From positions 6,014,001-6,078,000 of the forward strand of contig OX597826.1 of assembly GCA_951406725.2 (NCBI GenBank): DNA of 64,000 nucleotides. Reading direction: 5' to 3'. This document shows, in pieces, positions 28,522-43,245 of this stretch; position 1 is the stretch's first letter; each line of letters opens with the position of its first letter. Made by a program: the position numbers and the translations under genes. This DNA comes from Octopus vulgaris (lineage: Eukaryota). Below the pieces are notes generated by a model, which saw nothing but the letters and a program-made list of their open reading frames with translations, ran no database searches and was not told the origin of the DNA.

Positions 28522-29338
28522 TACATATCCATACATACATACATACATACACATATATATATATATATATATATATACACATGTGTGTTATTTATATATA
28601 CACGCACACATATATATGTACATGAGTATGTGTATTTGTGTTTGTGTGCGTGTGGTGTGTACACACACTCATACATACTGCGACCGGTGCCTTCAAGAGG
28701 TTGTTCGATTATGAAGAGGCATAATACTAGGTGGTAGCCATAAAAATAACACAGACTGTTAACAATAAAATATAATCTTGTTTACCCAGCGGAGAATAAG
28801 TGAGACGAGTTTAGTGAAAAACTTACATTTCAATCGTACAAGTAGATACAATAAGTGCACACTAAAGCGATCATGGACAAACGTACGTACATAAACATAA
28901 ATACAGATAATCACATATAAGAAAAGATTGCTATTGTATGTACGTACAAATACATGTAATTATATACGTGTGTGTGTATGTGTATGTCTGTGTAATCGCA
29001 CCGGTAATAAAAAAGATTTTGGCTTGTTATAGAAAAATAAGATTACAGAGTTCATCACATTTCATTTAAAAGATGAAAACTGCATTAATGTCCTATCAAC
29101 GCAAATATTCCAGACATATAAATAACACTGCAATGCATTGATATATATATGTGTGTGTGTGTGTGTGTGCTTATGCAGACGAGTATACAAAACTACACGT
29201 ACACATAGCCACCGAAATATTTGTAGATCTTTGTCTCCTTCACACACTGTCTCTCAGCATACACACACACACACATATATATATACAAATGCACAGAAAC
29301 ATACATACAAACATACACGAAAACAATTATACATATAC

Positions 29339-29431
<93 letters not shown>

Positions 29432-30061
29432 TGTAGATACATGTATATGGATGTGCTAGTGTATATATATATATATACACATGTATACATATATAAGTGC
29501 ATATATAGCTAGATAGATGGTTACATCGGTATATGTATACATATGTATAATTATATAAATATATATAATATAAATAATATATAAATATATGCATATATAT
29601 ATACATATATGTACGTGTATATATGCATATATTTCTATATTATTTATATTATATGATCGAACGCCACACATCCTTTTCCAAGTAAGTTTTTATATATCTC
29701 TCTCTCTTTTATATATATATATATATATATATAATCATCTATATACGTATTTATATATATACACTTATAGCTACATCTGTTTGTATCTACATCTATGTTT
29801 GTGTGTGTGTGTGTGTGCGTGTGTGTGTGTGTGCGTGTGTGTGTGTCTGTGTGTCTGTGTGCATGTATGTATTGAAACACAATGCAGTAAATTACGATTC
29901 GTCATGGTCTTGAGAAAGTTTTTACTAGCCATCCTATCTTAATCACACCAAAAACAACCAAATTCGAACGTAAGCATCTCTGTCTCCCTCTCTCTCTCTC
30001 CCTCTTTCTCTCCCTCTCTCTCTCTCTCCCCCCATCTATTTATCTATCTTTCTGTCTAGCT

Positions 30062-32640
30062 TGTGTTTTTTCCCTCAATCTGCACATACTCGCTTTTCGA
30101 ACCTTCCAAATCCAACACTTCCCTTCTCTATTCGATAGTATATCTCTGCATCGAGACAACCATCGCTTGACAGTGTGTTCCCTAGGTAAATAAAGGTGTC
30201 AACGACATCCATTCACAAAGATGTTTGGTTCAGAATATGTTTGTCCTAGCACGGGACTAAACATTACTTCGGTTTTCCCCAGATTAATTTTGAGTCCGAA
30301 ATATACACATGCAGTGGAAAAATCTGTCCATTCAATGTTGCATATCCCCCTCTGAGTGTGCCAAAAATTCAGCAACATCATCATAAAGTAATTCTCTAAC
30401 AAGTATTTTGAATGTCTTTGCTTTGCAGTTAAAGCGGGTCAAACTAAAAATACCAGATGTCCGAAATCTCATTCCGATTCCTCTGTTGTAATCCTTGAAG
30501 TCATACCAAAGCAACGTAGCAAAATAAATGGAGAAAATTGTAGGCGCAGGAATATCTCTATATTTGACACCGTTGTTTACCGAAAATTCATGAGATATCT
30601 CACTATTATAAACTGCCTGAGCTTTCATATTCCTGTGTAGCTCCTTAAAGATGTTCACAAAATGTGTTAAGCAACCATGTTTACACAAAACAATCTACAG
30701 TGCCTCCCTGTTTACCGTGTCAAACGTCTTAGTTAAATCTATGAAGACCTGGTATAAGGGCATTTGCTCCTCTACGCAATTTCATTTGAACCTGCTTCAC
30801 AGAAAATATGTCCATTGTTCCTCGCACAGGTCTGAATCCGCACTGTTCTTCAGAAAACAAATGTGGATACACATTCTCAACAAGAGGCTCCAACGTGATC
30901 CTTGTAGATATCTTCTCGGCATGTGCCTTTTAGAATTTCAACTGGAATACCATCCAATCCAGGAGCTTGACTTGATCTCAATTTATATAATGCCATATTT
31001 ACTTCTTCAATGGAAGGAGTATCGTTTGTGTTGCACTATCTCACTTTGCGAAATGTTCTTTATGATATCCATATTTACTACAGACGGGTTGTGGAAAAGA
31101 TCTGCAAAATGTTCTCTCCATCTATTCATTAGTCCTTGAGGATCATTAATAACCTCATTCCATCTTTCGACTTCAAGGGAACATATGATGATGAAGACTG
31201 AAGTCCAAAAGCTTGCCGCAATATAGTATAGAAACTTTTTATGTATTTCCTGTCATAAGCTGCCTTTACTTCCTCACACAAATTTCTCCACCAAGTGCCT
31301 TTAAGCCTCCTGAGTCCTTTTTTGCAAGTCTCTTTTCTGAGACTCTTAAAACTTCTCTAGTTGCACTTTGATCTTAACGTTTGGGCCAAGAGGTCTTTCA
31401 TGAGTGGACCACTTTGTTGCTAAAAGCTCATTTATCAGTGTATCATTGGAATCAAATCAGTCTCAGTGCTGTCTCCTCTTAAAACCTAACACCTATGGTC
31501 CCACTTTTTTTATAATCCATCCCGGAAAGATTTCCATGGACTTTCAAAATGAACATTCTTCTGCCACTCTTCTGAAACAATTGCAAAACTTGTGGTTGTT
31601 TTAGCTACGCTACATCATTTTTGTTTGGTACTCATACACCTTGGCCCTAACCATTATGTGATCAGTATCACAATTAGCACCTCGCATTACTGCTCATATT
31701 TTATGAGTCAGCTTTCCAAGTTAATACAAATTCAATCAGATGACCTTGCTTTGATCTTAGGTGAATCCAGGCAACTTTATGTTTCATCTTATGATGAAAG
31801 AAAGTATTCCCAACAATTAAACCTAACCCAGAGCACATTTGTAGTAGATGCAATCCATCGTTGATCACCTTTCCTATTCCGTTACGCCCAAGTACATTCC
31901 ATCCACTATCGTCTCTAACAACACGTGCATTAAAGTCACCAAGCACAACTAACTCATCATTCAAAAGGACTGGCAGAATATTTCTTCTAAACTCCTCATA
32001 ATGTGCATGGATAGTTTCCTCACAAGCTGAAAGTATAAGAGCATAAATAGAGAGAACAGTTACAAAACGTCCACAAGAAAGAAGGATCCGGTTTTTCCTT
32101 GTGCGTGTATTTATGCTTTGTGGTTGTTCTAGGTCTTTTAGTAAATCAATTCTAATTTTCTGATTGCAAAACCAACAACACCTTCCATTTTCTCTCTTTT
32201 CGACTTGTCAACCCAGAATGATGTGAAACCCACCGCTCTTTACACAAGATGATCTTCATCTGAACATCTTCTTTCAGAAACAGGTGCAATATCAACATTA
32301 AGACGCCTTAGCTCCTTAGTTATTACAGCTGTTCTTCTTTCAGGTCTGTCTGCTCGATCTAAAAGGGTTCTCATATTCCAACAGGCCAAGTTAAGAGAAA
32401 CCTTATTCTTTGTATACATGTTACCATTGTTTATATCAATTCTTTGTTCATTCCTGCCAAATTGAACCACCGTTAGCCGCAATAAACTAACCAACAGAGA
32501 AAGGACAAACACATTTTATTCACCTTTTTGTAGCACCTTCCTGGTATATTCAGGTGAGCAGTGTTCTCTTTAAAAGGGCTGTTCCGACACAAAATTCTCC
32601 ACCGGAAACAGCGATGTGCAGATTTGTAACTGTATGCTTC
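30062..32640 (-). mobile_element. decayed RTE (BovB-like) LINE with APE endonuclease and RT
   Basis: WNMRTLLDRADRPERRTAVITKEL, VLGDFNARV, EQCGFRP.RGTMDI, FIDLTKTFDTVNR, GVKYRDIPAPTIFSIYF, RELLYDD, FGLKINLGKTEVM, FIYLGNTL; many stops, frameshifts and deletions; 3' end missing. Confidence 0.93.
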
Positions 32641-32737
32641 CAACCGGTCAAGTTGCCATCCCTATGTCATCATAGGACTTTTAAAAAGTAACGATTGTAT
32701 GACGATTTTATTTTGTCGGAGACATCTGTACTTCATT

Positions 32738-32970
32738 GGATTTATACTCTTCAATTGGAATGATAGATTTCTACCAATGTAAGGACGGAATTTCTACACA
32801 AGAAAAAATCAACAAGGAGAATGTTTTTATTGAAAAATTCCAAACGCTTCTTAATATGCAAATTCCACGATGACCATACTCCTTTTTCTAGCATCCTATC
32901 TGACAAAAAATTGATATAGGCATCCTATTTGACAAAAATCCATCATTCCAGTTGATGAGCATGAAATCCA
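32738..32970. mobile_element. small inverted-repeat-bounded element
   Basis: ggatttatactcttcaattggaatgatagattt vs aaatccatcattccagttgatgagcatgaaatcc. Confidence 0.45.
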
Positions 32971-34270
32971 CAGAGTTGTCTCACCTTACTCACAGGAACT
33001 GGATAACTCCTACCCCATTTCCTGTTTTGATACTCTTTTACCAAACACTTTAAACCACGCACCACTTTTAATCACATGGATATTAATCCTCCAAAGAAAT
33101 AGTCCAAGGACTATTATTGAACTCTAAAAGCATAAAAATTCTACAATGTATCGTATAACAGGCCGTTAGAATACACACCACCAGACTTTTAAAAGATGCA
33201 TACTGCGATTGATATATTCTATTAAACACTTGAAGGTCATGTCGCAGTATGACTGCGTTCGAAGGACTGAAACAGATGAAATACAACATGCCATAATGAG
33301 AAAAGAATACAACGAGAAACCAAGATACATAAATTTATCTATGGGAGCGGATGGTGGGTTACGTTTGGAGTTGCTTTGAACATAAGCTTCTTCAATTAGG
33401 ACGACTAGGAGATAAACGAAAATAACCACGTTTTTACGTCATCTACATTCTACTTTAATCCTGTAACTTTTTCTGTACCCTGTGACTAATCATCCCTTCT
33501 GAAAATCAGAATCGATTTTCTTTGGGCTCCCCTTAAATTCTTCGCTTTTGTTATTGACATTTATCTGAAAATGTTGAAACTGAGCATCAACTCAACAACA
33601 CCTGTTTGGGATAGCCTGCTCCGTCAAGCTTTTCCATAATGTATTAATTTTAAAAATTGTAATTGTGAAACAGATGAAAAAATAAGTTTTTTTCTTTTGT
33701 TTTTATTGGTGTATATTTTTATTTATTTATTTTTATATTGCATAGCCGCTATCAATTCATTAATGATGTATTCAATTCCATCTTATTCAAGTTCTTAAAT
33801 AAAAATATTTATTTATTTTATTGAAGAGGATTTTTAATCCACTGTTTACAATACAACTCATCGTGTACGTACGCACTAAACGCAAGTACACATTCATGTA
33901 TGTTTGCAAAATCCATTATTTATATGCATATTGAAGTACACACATTCTATAACACATACGCATATAGAGAGCTGGAGATAGATACGTTTAGAAAAGGAGA
34001 GAGAGGGGGAATGGGAGTCAAAGAAAGAGAGAGAGAGTGACAGACAGAGAGAGAAAAGGGAGAGAGTCCAAAGTTATAAAAAATCTGACAGAAATATAGA
34101 TTTCGTTGTATTGCATGTTTATATATATGTATATTCCTTTATATATATATAAATATATATATATATATGTATACATCTATCTGTCAATTTATCTGCAAAC
34201 ATACATGCACATATATATATGTATATATATATATAATATATATATACATATATATCTACACACATGCACA

Positions 34271-34342
<72 letters not shown>

Positions 34343-34345
<3 letters not shown>

Positions 34346-34508
34346 GACAGTCTTCTTTCAGTTTCCGTTTACCAAATCCACTCATCCACTCACAAGGCTT
34401 TGGTAGGCCTGACACTATAATAGAATACACTTGCCCAACTTGCCATGTAATAGGACTGAACTCGGAACCATATGGTTTGAAAACAATCTTCTTACCCCAA
34501 AGCCACAC
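34343..34508 (-). mobile_element. SINE family A head
   Basis: cgacagtcttctttcagtttccg...cacttgcccaa...ggactgaactcggaacc. Confidence 0.75.
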
Positions 34509-34539
34509 AAATGTACACACACACACACACACATACATA

Positions 34540-34815
34540 ATTAACCTCAAAACAAAACAAAAAAAGAACTAGGAAAGAAAACAAGAAAAATACAAAAACG
34601 TGAGCACGTGGTACATTGCAAAGTATTGAAAGACGCTCAGGGAAGGAGAGAAAGGCTGTTTCGAGCAAAGCTTTTCCTCAGAAACAGGAGACAAAGGAAA
34701 GTCCAAGAGAAAAGGATGAGAAAATATCGCTAACGATCCACGTGCGATTACATTTTGGAATGACCGGAAGGGAACAGACGAAGAAAAGTCCATTCTTAGA
34801 CAGGAGAGAGAGCAA
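34540..34815 (-). mobile_element. family H pLTR-like element, HHR lacking its cleavage site
   Basis: Reverse complement at 34655-34685: gttt CTGAGGA a aagc ttt gctc GAAAC agcc; the GTH-aaac segment is absent. Confidence 0.5.
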
Positions 34816-34970
34816 GGGTCTGCCGACTTCGTTCAGTTTCTGTCGTCTGAAACCACTCACAAACCCCTGATCTGCCTGTACTTATACTAGAAACACTTGC
34901 CCAAGCCGCCAGGCGGTAGGTGTGAAACTTATGTCATGTGGTTGGGCAGCTAGCTTCTTACCACAAAGCT

Positions 34971-35015
<45 letters not shown>

Positions 35016-35324
35016 CTCACACGCATACTTTTGCGTGTATGTGCGTGCGCGTGCGTGTATGTATCATTCTATGACATTACACTTTGTCCATACATCGAAA
35101 ATCAATTGAGCGAAGTGAAATTGTCCGAATGAACAACTGTTGAGATTAGACTAAAGATGCGAAATAATGATCGGAGCATAAAGATTGAAGGATAAAATGT
35201 CGCGTTATGTTTTGATAAATTATTCTATTAACATATTTGAAATATACCTCTTTCTCTATATCTAACGTCTAAAAACTGGAGTAGTTTATGGTAATCTGCC
35301 TTTCTGATGTTATTACTTTTCGTA

Positions 35325-35482
35325 GGAGTTGGTATGTGGTAAGGAGCTTGCTATCCAATCACATGGTTTCGCTTTTAGTCCCAGTGCATGGCAACGTAGG
35401 TAACTATCATCTACTACAGCCTCGAGCCGCCCAAGGACTTGTAAGTGGATTTCGTAGACGGGTACTGAAACAAGCCTATATG

Positions 35483-35532
<50 letters not shown>

Positions 35533-35816
35533 CAGATTGAATACTTACTTTGAAGAGGATGCGTGGCGTTCAGTCACATAATAATATAAATAATATATAT
35601 ATGCATATATACATACGTATACGTACATACTTACATCTATAAGTATATATATATATATGCGTATGTGGGCACAGGCCGTCACGAAACACGTGCAACAAAA
35701 AATGCGAAGTACGAGTACATGCAATATGGACTATTTTATTCGAACAACGAAAGACATATAGAAAAGAAGACAAACAACTCAAAGAACGACCTTTCATAAG
35801 TTGTTGGTTGTTTTTC

Positions 35817-35862
<46 letters not shown>

Positions 35863-36075
35863 GTTTGTGTGTATATATATATATATATATATAAATAAGG
35901 CGGTGTTGGTGTTGACATGTTGACTTCCTCGTTATCTAGCAGTTCTCCAAAAGGGACCGATAGAATAAATACCAACCTTAAAAATCAAAATCGTGGGGTA
36001 GATCTTTTCTACTAAAACTCTTCAAGGCGGCGCCCCAGAATGGACGCAGTCAAGTGACTGAAATAAGTAAAAGAA
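35325..36075 (+). mobile_element. SINE family A interrupted in its microsatellite by a ~270-bp insertion
   Basis: Head 35325-35480, tail 35895-36075; insert 35550-35820 is homologous to 57120-57280. Confidence 0.7.
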
Positions 36076-36173
<98 letters not shown>

Positions 36174-37405
36174 TACATACACACGCACACACACAAAATT
36201 ATGTGGGTGCCTTTGTGTGTGTGTGTGTGTTTGTGCGGTCTATCTTATCGAAAGAGTATTTTCTACTGTTGCCTACTCAACAGCCAATATCTAAGTTTTA
36301 GACAGAAATATTTATGAGGAATGTAAAGGCACGGTGACATCCCAATGCACTTACAGTTCGTATGATCCCGCGTGTCCATACACTGGCATTACACGCAGAC
36401 ACACACACACACATACATATATAGATATACAAATATCGGGCTTATATACACAAGATCATTACTATCTTTTGTTCGCTTATTCAGTAGAATACGTTTCCAT
36501 TAAAAATAAAGAAGTAGAGAAGTAAATAATTAAATAGATAAAAAAAATAAATAAATATGTAAATAAATAAAAGCCGAGTCAATTTACAACGGCTGTGGAA
36601 CGATTGCTCTGGCGTGATGACTGCTGTAATTTAGAGTGGACGTCCATCAAATGCCACTCCCAAATGTCAACAGGTTGAAATGATGAAGATACGACTCCCT
36701 ACGACTGTTCAGTCTGCCCATCTATAAAAGAACCTAAAAGATATTTAAATATCTGTAATTAGAAGTCGCTCTCCAGAGGCACGAGCATTTCATTGTGTAT
36801 TCAAAACGCTAAAGGGCACGGAAGGCAGAATGTTCTTGGATTTCACTAATTCACCTCCAAGATAACCTGAAGCCAAATACATCAGCGTATTTTACGGACA
36901 AGAATTGTTTTATATATACGTATTTTTTTTCAGTTTTTTTTTTCCTTTTACGTATGTATTTTGATCTGGTGGTGGCTGTATAATGTTAAGCTAACCCTCT
37001 TTCGTGGGCTCACATATTTGTCTGTGATTTAAATGGAAGAAGGACATCTCTTTGATTGAATAGGATGCTGATATTTCAATGTATAATTCTAAGGAGAGCT
37101 TGCTTAGATTTCTCAACGAGCAAAACTGAAAATAAAATAAATAGATAGGTAAATAAATAAACAGTAAAAAACACAACGTGGTTACCTTGCGGCAAAAATG
37201 CAGCGCTGCGTGCATTGCCAAATGCCAACACATGACTCATGTAACATGTATTCGTGATAGGAATTGGTTTGTCAGTTCTATATATTTCTTTGAAACAGAC
37301 AAAAAATGCATTGTTCTTATGACATTATCATCATTTTTATGAAATTATGCATTCTATATTCTTGGTAATAGAATTATCATGACTACTAGTGTACGAATAC
37401 ATGTG

Positions 37406-37475
<70 letters not shown>

Positions 37476-37644
37476 TGTGTGCGTGTTTGTGTCTGTGTTT
37501 TGTGTGTCTTTATTGCTCACAACATATATGTGCGTGTATATGCATGAATGTATATGGATATATGCATATATATATACATATGTGTATGTGTGTGTACATA
37601 TAAATATATGGATATATGCATATATATATACATATGTGTATGTG

Positions 37645-37698
<54 letters not shown>

Positions 37699-37957
37699 AA
37701 TATAGGTTGAAGTAGATAGATAGATAGATAGATGTATAGATATAGATCGATAGATAGATAGTAGGCAGGCACTATATACTAAAAACTAGGTCGACGATTT
37801 CTAATAGATTTCGCTTAAAACATACATCTAGCGTATTTGGATATGAAAAGCACAAGATTGAAACTACGTAGACAGCAATTCAATATTTTTTGCCAATATC
37901 AGTTTCTGCATATACTATTGTTTCAATTTGATAATACACAATGAACCCGAACAAATG

Positions 37958-38098
37958 TACAAGAATCTCTCAGCTGTCGCGGTTGTAACGTTCCAAAAAC
38001 CCCCGCGGTAGGTGAAAATCCGCGATAGGTGAAAATCGACGTAAGCTTAAATAAACCGCGATTAGTGAACCGCGATATGGCAAGGGATTACAAATGTA
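37958..38098. mobile_element. short Tigger/pogo-like MITE
   Basis: taca.gaatctctc.gctgtcgcgg ... ccgcgatatggcaagggattac..tgta; homologous to 11192. Confidence 0.55.
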
Positions 38099-38264
38099 CG
38101 TGTAATTACATATGTGTGTGTGTGTGTGTGTGATTGTGTATATGTGTGCCTGTGCGTGTATTCGTTTTATAAAGCCAGAACATTGTTAATGAGAAATAAT
38201 ACAAGATAATGTTTTCCACGCATATTTAGCGTTTTAATATTTCGGGGTTTGTGCGCCGACCAAA

Positions 38265-38437
38265 ATTCTTAGCGGCATTTTGGCCGTTTTTACGTTCTGA
38301 ATTTCAGATTCCGCCTTGGGCTAACTTGCCTTTTATGCTTTCAGGTTTGAGAAAATAAGTACCAGGTGATCACTGGGGTCGACTTAGCGCCGCCACCTTC
38401 ACATAATTGCCGGTCAAGTGCCAAAATTTGGAACAAA
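38265..38437 (+). mobile_element. SINE family C, decayed
   Basis: cttagcggcattt...acgttctga...gtaccagg...ctggggtcgac. Confidence 0.65.
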
Positions 38438-38497
38438 TATTTTGTAGTTTCTACTCCTACAGAAAAATTGTGTTGAGCTGGCTTAATTTTTCTGTAG

Positions 38498-38540
<43 letters not shown>

Positions 38541-38542
<2 letters not shown>

Positions 38543-38946
38543 TCTTTTACTCTTTTATTTGTTTCAGTCATTTGACTGCGGCCATGCCGGAGCACGGCCT
38601 TTAATCGAGCCACTCGACCCCGGAACTTATTCTTTTGTAAGTCCAGTACTTATTCTATCGGTCTCTTTTGCCGAACCGCTAGGCAACGGGGATATAAACA
38701 CACCAGCACCGAACAAACACAGACACACAAATACACATATGCATATATATACATATATACGACGGGCTTCTTTTCAGTTTCCGTCTACCAAATCCACTCA
38801 CAAGGCTTTGGTCGGCCCGAGTAGAAAACACTAGAGTTTGTCTACTATAGTAGAAGACACTTGCCCAAGGTGCCACGCAGTGGGAGTGAACCCAGAACCA
38901 TGTGGTTGGTAAACAAGCTACTTACCACACAGCCACTCCTGCGCCT
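38541..38946 (-). mobile_element. full-length SINE family A (CORE-like central domain)
   Basis: Reverse complement aggcgcaggagtggctgtgtggtaagtagc...gggttcactcccactgcgtggcaccttgggcaagtgtctt; tail gtaaaagagt. Confidence 0.9.
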
Positions 38947-39193
38947 ATATATATATATCAGAGCAAAGGGAAATGAAAATTAATAAAAAATTTTTATTTC
39001 CAGTGTCGTAACGTGGAAAAATTTTGTCTAAAGACTATGTATTAGTCATAAAATACACTGTACATTTAAACACATGAGGAATCCACTCGTGGGATTCAAC
39101 ACGCTAGAAAGTACAGCTAGCTTGTATAAATACAAAATTAGGGATAAAATTCGACAAGAACAAAATGAAAAAAATAAACACATTTTACCATCT

Positions 39194-39237
<44 letters not shown>

Positions 39238-39276
39238 CACACACGTATACGTACACACACATACATACATACATAC

Positions 39277-39329
<53 letters not shown>

Positions 39330-39356
39330 CACACACGTATACGTACACACACATAC

Positions 39357-39424
<68 letters not shown>

Positions 39425-39931
39425 ATACACACATACATACATCTACACTTATAAACACCCGCTTTCCGTTTCCCTGTACCAATTATATTTACATGTTAAT
39501 GGTCGGCCGGGGAATACGGTTGAAAACACTCGGTTACCAACCCGCCAAGAGATCTGCATAATCACACGTATATATTTCTGCTACTATTAAAATAATTTCC
39601 AGCCCCATGCGATATACGAAGAAGAACTTACTACTATATAATTTAGGGGCAGTATATCGGATAACATTTTGTATATTCTTTGTAGGAATTATTCGTATTT
39701 AAGAAACACCGATGATTGCTTAACAATATGAAAACATTTTAATATAGACTGATAATGCATACAATATGCCCATCTAATGCAAGAAGGCATAGAGATAAAT
39801 GGTATATTCCACATATTCTGTTTCCAGCAAATGCCTATGCCCACGTGACACCAACATAACTGCATGTGATAAATATCTCTCTTTCTCTCTCTCTCTGCAT
39901 ATATATATGTGTGTGCGTGTGTGTGTGTGTG

Positions 39932-39995
<64 letters not shown>

Positions 39996-40033
39996 TGTAT
40001 CTATGCATGTATGTATGTATGCATGCATGTATG

Positions 40034-40090
<57 letters not shown>

Positions 40091-40471
40091 GTTGTTTATA
40101 TGTCTACGGCGGTTTTGCATTAACAAGTATGCAGGATGCTCATATTTTCATATTAACATTGGTGTAATCAAAAAGAAAAGAAAAAGCAAACGCTTTCAAC
40201 ATAGTAAAAATGTTGAAATGTACATGAATCTAAGAAAAGAGAACATTTTATGATCTAACAGTCGATTTAAAGAACATATTAGTAGCTTATATTAAGATGT
40301 ACTAAATATTTACACTAGCGTTTAAGTGAAACATCTGACATGATATTAGAAATATTTCAACTTATATAGTCTTATATAGAGATAAATGCATTCGTAATAC
40401 ATACATTTCTGTGTAAATATACACCTATACAGACTTCCAGGTACACACGCGCACACATACACGCGACCGCC

Positions 40472-40541
<70 letters not shown>

Positions 40542-40696
40542 CATGTGTATATATATATGTGTGTGTGTGTATGTATATATATGTGTGTGTGTGTGTATGA
40601 ATATATATATGTGTTTATGTATGTATATGTATACATATATATATATGTGTGCATGTATTTGTCGGTATTCACATTTACAAATATATCTACATATGC

Positions 40697-40733
<37 letters not shown>

Positions 40734-40853
40734 TGGATTTATATATATACATATATATTTATATATACATGTATTTATATGTGTGTATATATATTTATAT
40801 ATATGTGTGTACGTATGTATAAATATATATTTATATGTATATATATATAAATA

Positions 40854-40898
<45 letters not shown>

Positions 40899-41644
40899 GC
40901 ATACATACATGCATAGATATATAGATACATACATACATACATACATACATACATACATAAATATATACATACATATGATAGTGTAAGACATCATATACGT
41001 TATTATTGCAAACATCAATAACTAACGTTGCTGCACAACAAAAATAGAAACAAAACTAGGAATGCACAAAATCAAAACCAGAAAGCCAATATGTTGCATT
41101 TAAACAAGAAACAAAAACAAAAAAACAACAAAAAAATGAAAACACAGAACAATATAAAGAACAACAACAAGTAATGATTACAAATAATACGCAAAAATGT
41201 CAATACGATCTTGGATACAAAATTAAATATAACTAAATATGTTTCTTCACTATACGATTATTGCTGATAAAATAAATATTAACTATTCAAAATGTAATAA
41301 TTTTACTGGAAATGAACAAGCCAAATATAAATATGTAACGTGTGCATGAGATTCTCGAATACTTATTGAATATGGCTTCTTTCAAGAGAAAACTTAATTA
41401 GTATTTGCTACATCGATATCAATATCTAAGATATTGTTTTTCAAATTTTCAATAATCGATTAAATTTCATATTGAATTACATATTACACCTTCTGGTGGA
41501 AATAATCTAAATGAGAACAACAACAACCGAGCAGGCTATGTGTTAGAAAATACGAGTTTTCTATTACGATGTTCGCATAACGTTTACGTGTGCATTGCGT
41601 AGATATATTATTACTCAGGCACACAAAGATATATGCATATGTAC

Positions 41645-41736
<92 letters not shown>

Positions 41737-42034
41737 TGTATGTGCATGCATATATGTATATATACACACACGCACACACACATGTATGTGCGAGTTTGTA
41801 TGACTATAACTCTGAAGTGGAATGACATGCATCCGTAATGACACTAATGTGTGTGTGATTACGCACCTACATAAGTACACACACGTGCACACACATACAT
41901 AAATATATGTACATATACACATATATACAAGCATATGGACATATATACAAATATATGCACACATTCACAAATAATTACATTTGTATATGATGTAATGACA
42001 TACAAATATATGTGCATATGTATGTATATACATA

Positions 42035-42250
42035 TAGTCAATTCAAATAAACAAACAATTAAATATCAAACAGGAAAAAAAAACGAATGTGAAGGCCCGC
42101 ACAAGAAATATATCCGTTTCGCGCTCTTGTGAAGGGAGAGTTGTTGTTAACGTTTGGGGCATAGCTCTTCGTCGGAAGCAGAAAATTCCAAAGAGAAACA
42201 AGGAAGAACAAGGAAAAGCCTCGTTTCAGCAATGCGGTTGCGGACATACT
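42035..42250 (-). mobile_element. family H pLTR-like element with decayed HHR
   Basis: Reverse complement at 42144-42179: gctt CCGACGA a gagc tat gccc CAAAC GTT aacaa. Confidence 0.5.
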
Positions 42251-42521
42251 TTCTTATCGCTCGTTACTAAACTATTTTTCTTAATAAAATCGAAAATAGT
42301 TGAGCTTAAAGGATGCATCATGGGATGCATGTACAGTAAAAATGAAACAATCACACATTACATTACTATCAAGTTACATGGTGATATTTATACAAAATGT
42401 ATTATGATGCTTGCCCAGACTCAGACGCATTTGTCCGAAGCATGTTTTCACAGAAGTTGATGGACAAACCATGCCTTCAATAACAGAGATCGTGTATTTA
42501 TATATGTATATATATATGTAT

Positions 42522-42766
42522 CATAGCTTGCTTACCAACCACATGCTTCCGGGTTCAGTCCCACTGCGTGGCACCTTGGACAAATGTCTTCTACTATAAA
42601 CCTCCGACTGGTCAAAGCCTTGTGAGTGGATTTGGTAGATAGAAACTGAAAGAAGCCTGTCGGATATATATATATATATATATAAATACAGGAATAAAAA
42701 ATGGAGTTAACTATTCATTCATTTATCCGTGTTAATTGTTAACAAGGTAAAATACACTCATCTATT

Positions 42767-42814
<48 letters not shown>

Positions 42815-43245
42815 TTTGTGTGTGTGTGTGTATGCGTGTGTGTATGTGTGCGTGGCACCTTGGGCAAGTGTCTTCTACTATAGCCTCGGGCCGACCAAAG
42901 CCTTGTGAGTGGATTTGGTAGACGGAAACGGAAGGAAGCCCGTTGTATATATGTATATGCATATATATGCATATATATATATATATATATATACGTGTGT
43001 GTGTGTGTTTGTGTGTGTATATGTTCGTGTGTCTGTGTTTGCCCCCACCCCCCCAACATCGCTTGACAACCGATGCTAGTGTGTTTACATCACTGTAAAT
43101 TATGGATTCGGCAAAAGAGACCGATAGAATAAGTAATAGGCTTACAAAAAATAAGTCCTCTTGTCGATTTGCTCGACTAAAGGCGGTGATCCAGCATGGC
43201 CGCAGTCAAATGACTGACACAAGAAAGAGAATAAAAGAAAGAATA
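42522..43245 (+). mobile_element. SINE family A, two partial copies in tandem
   Basis: Head 42522-42665; second core and tail 42850-43245. Confidence 0.85.

Noticed and set aside
33355-33402. Family H-like remnant (ttgaaga agc...ctc caaac gta, minus strand)
   Set aside because: Too decayed: both core boxes are mutated and there is no stem I
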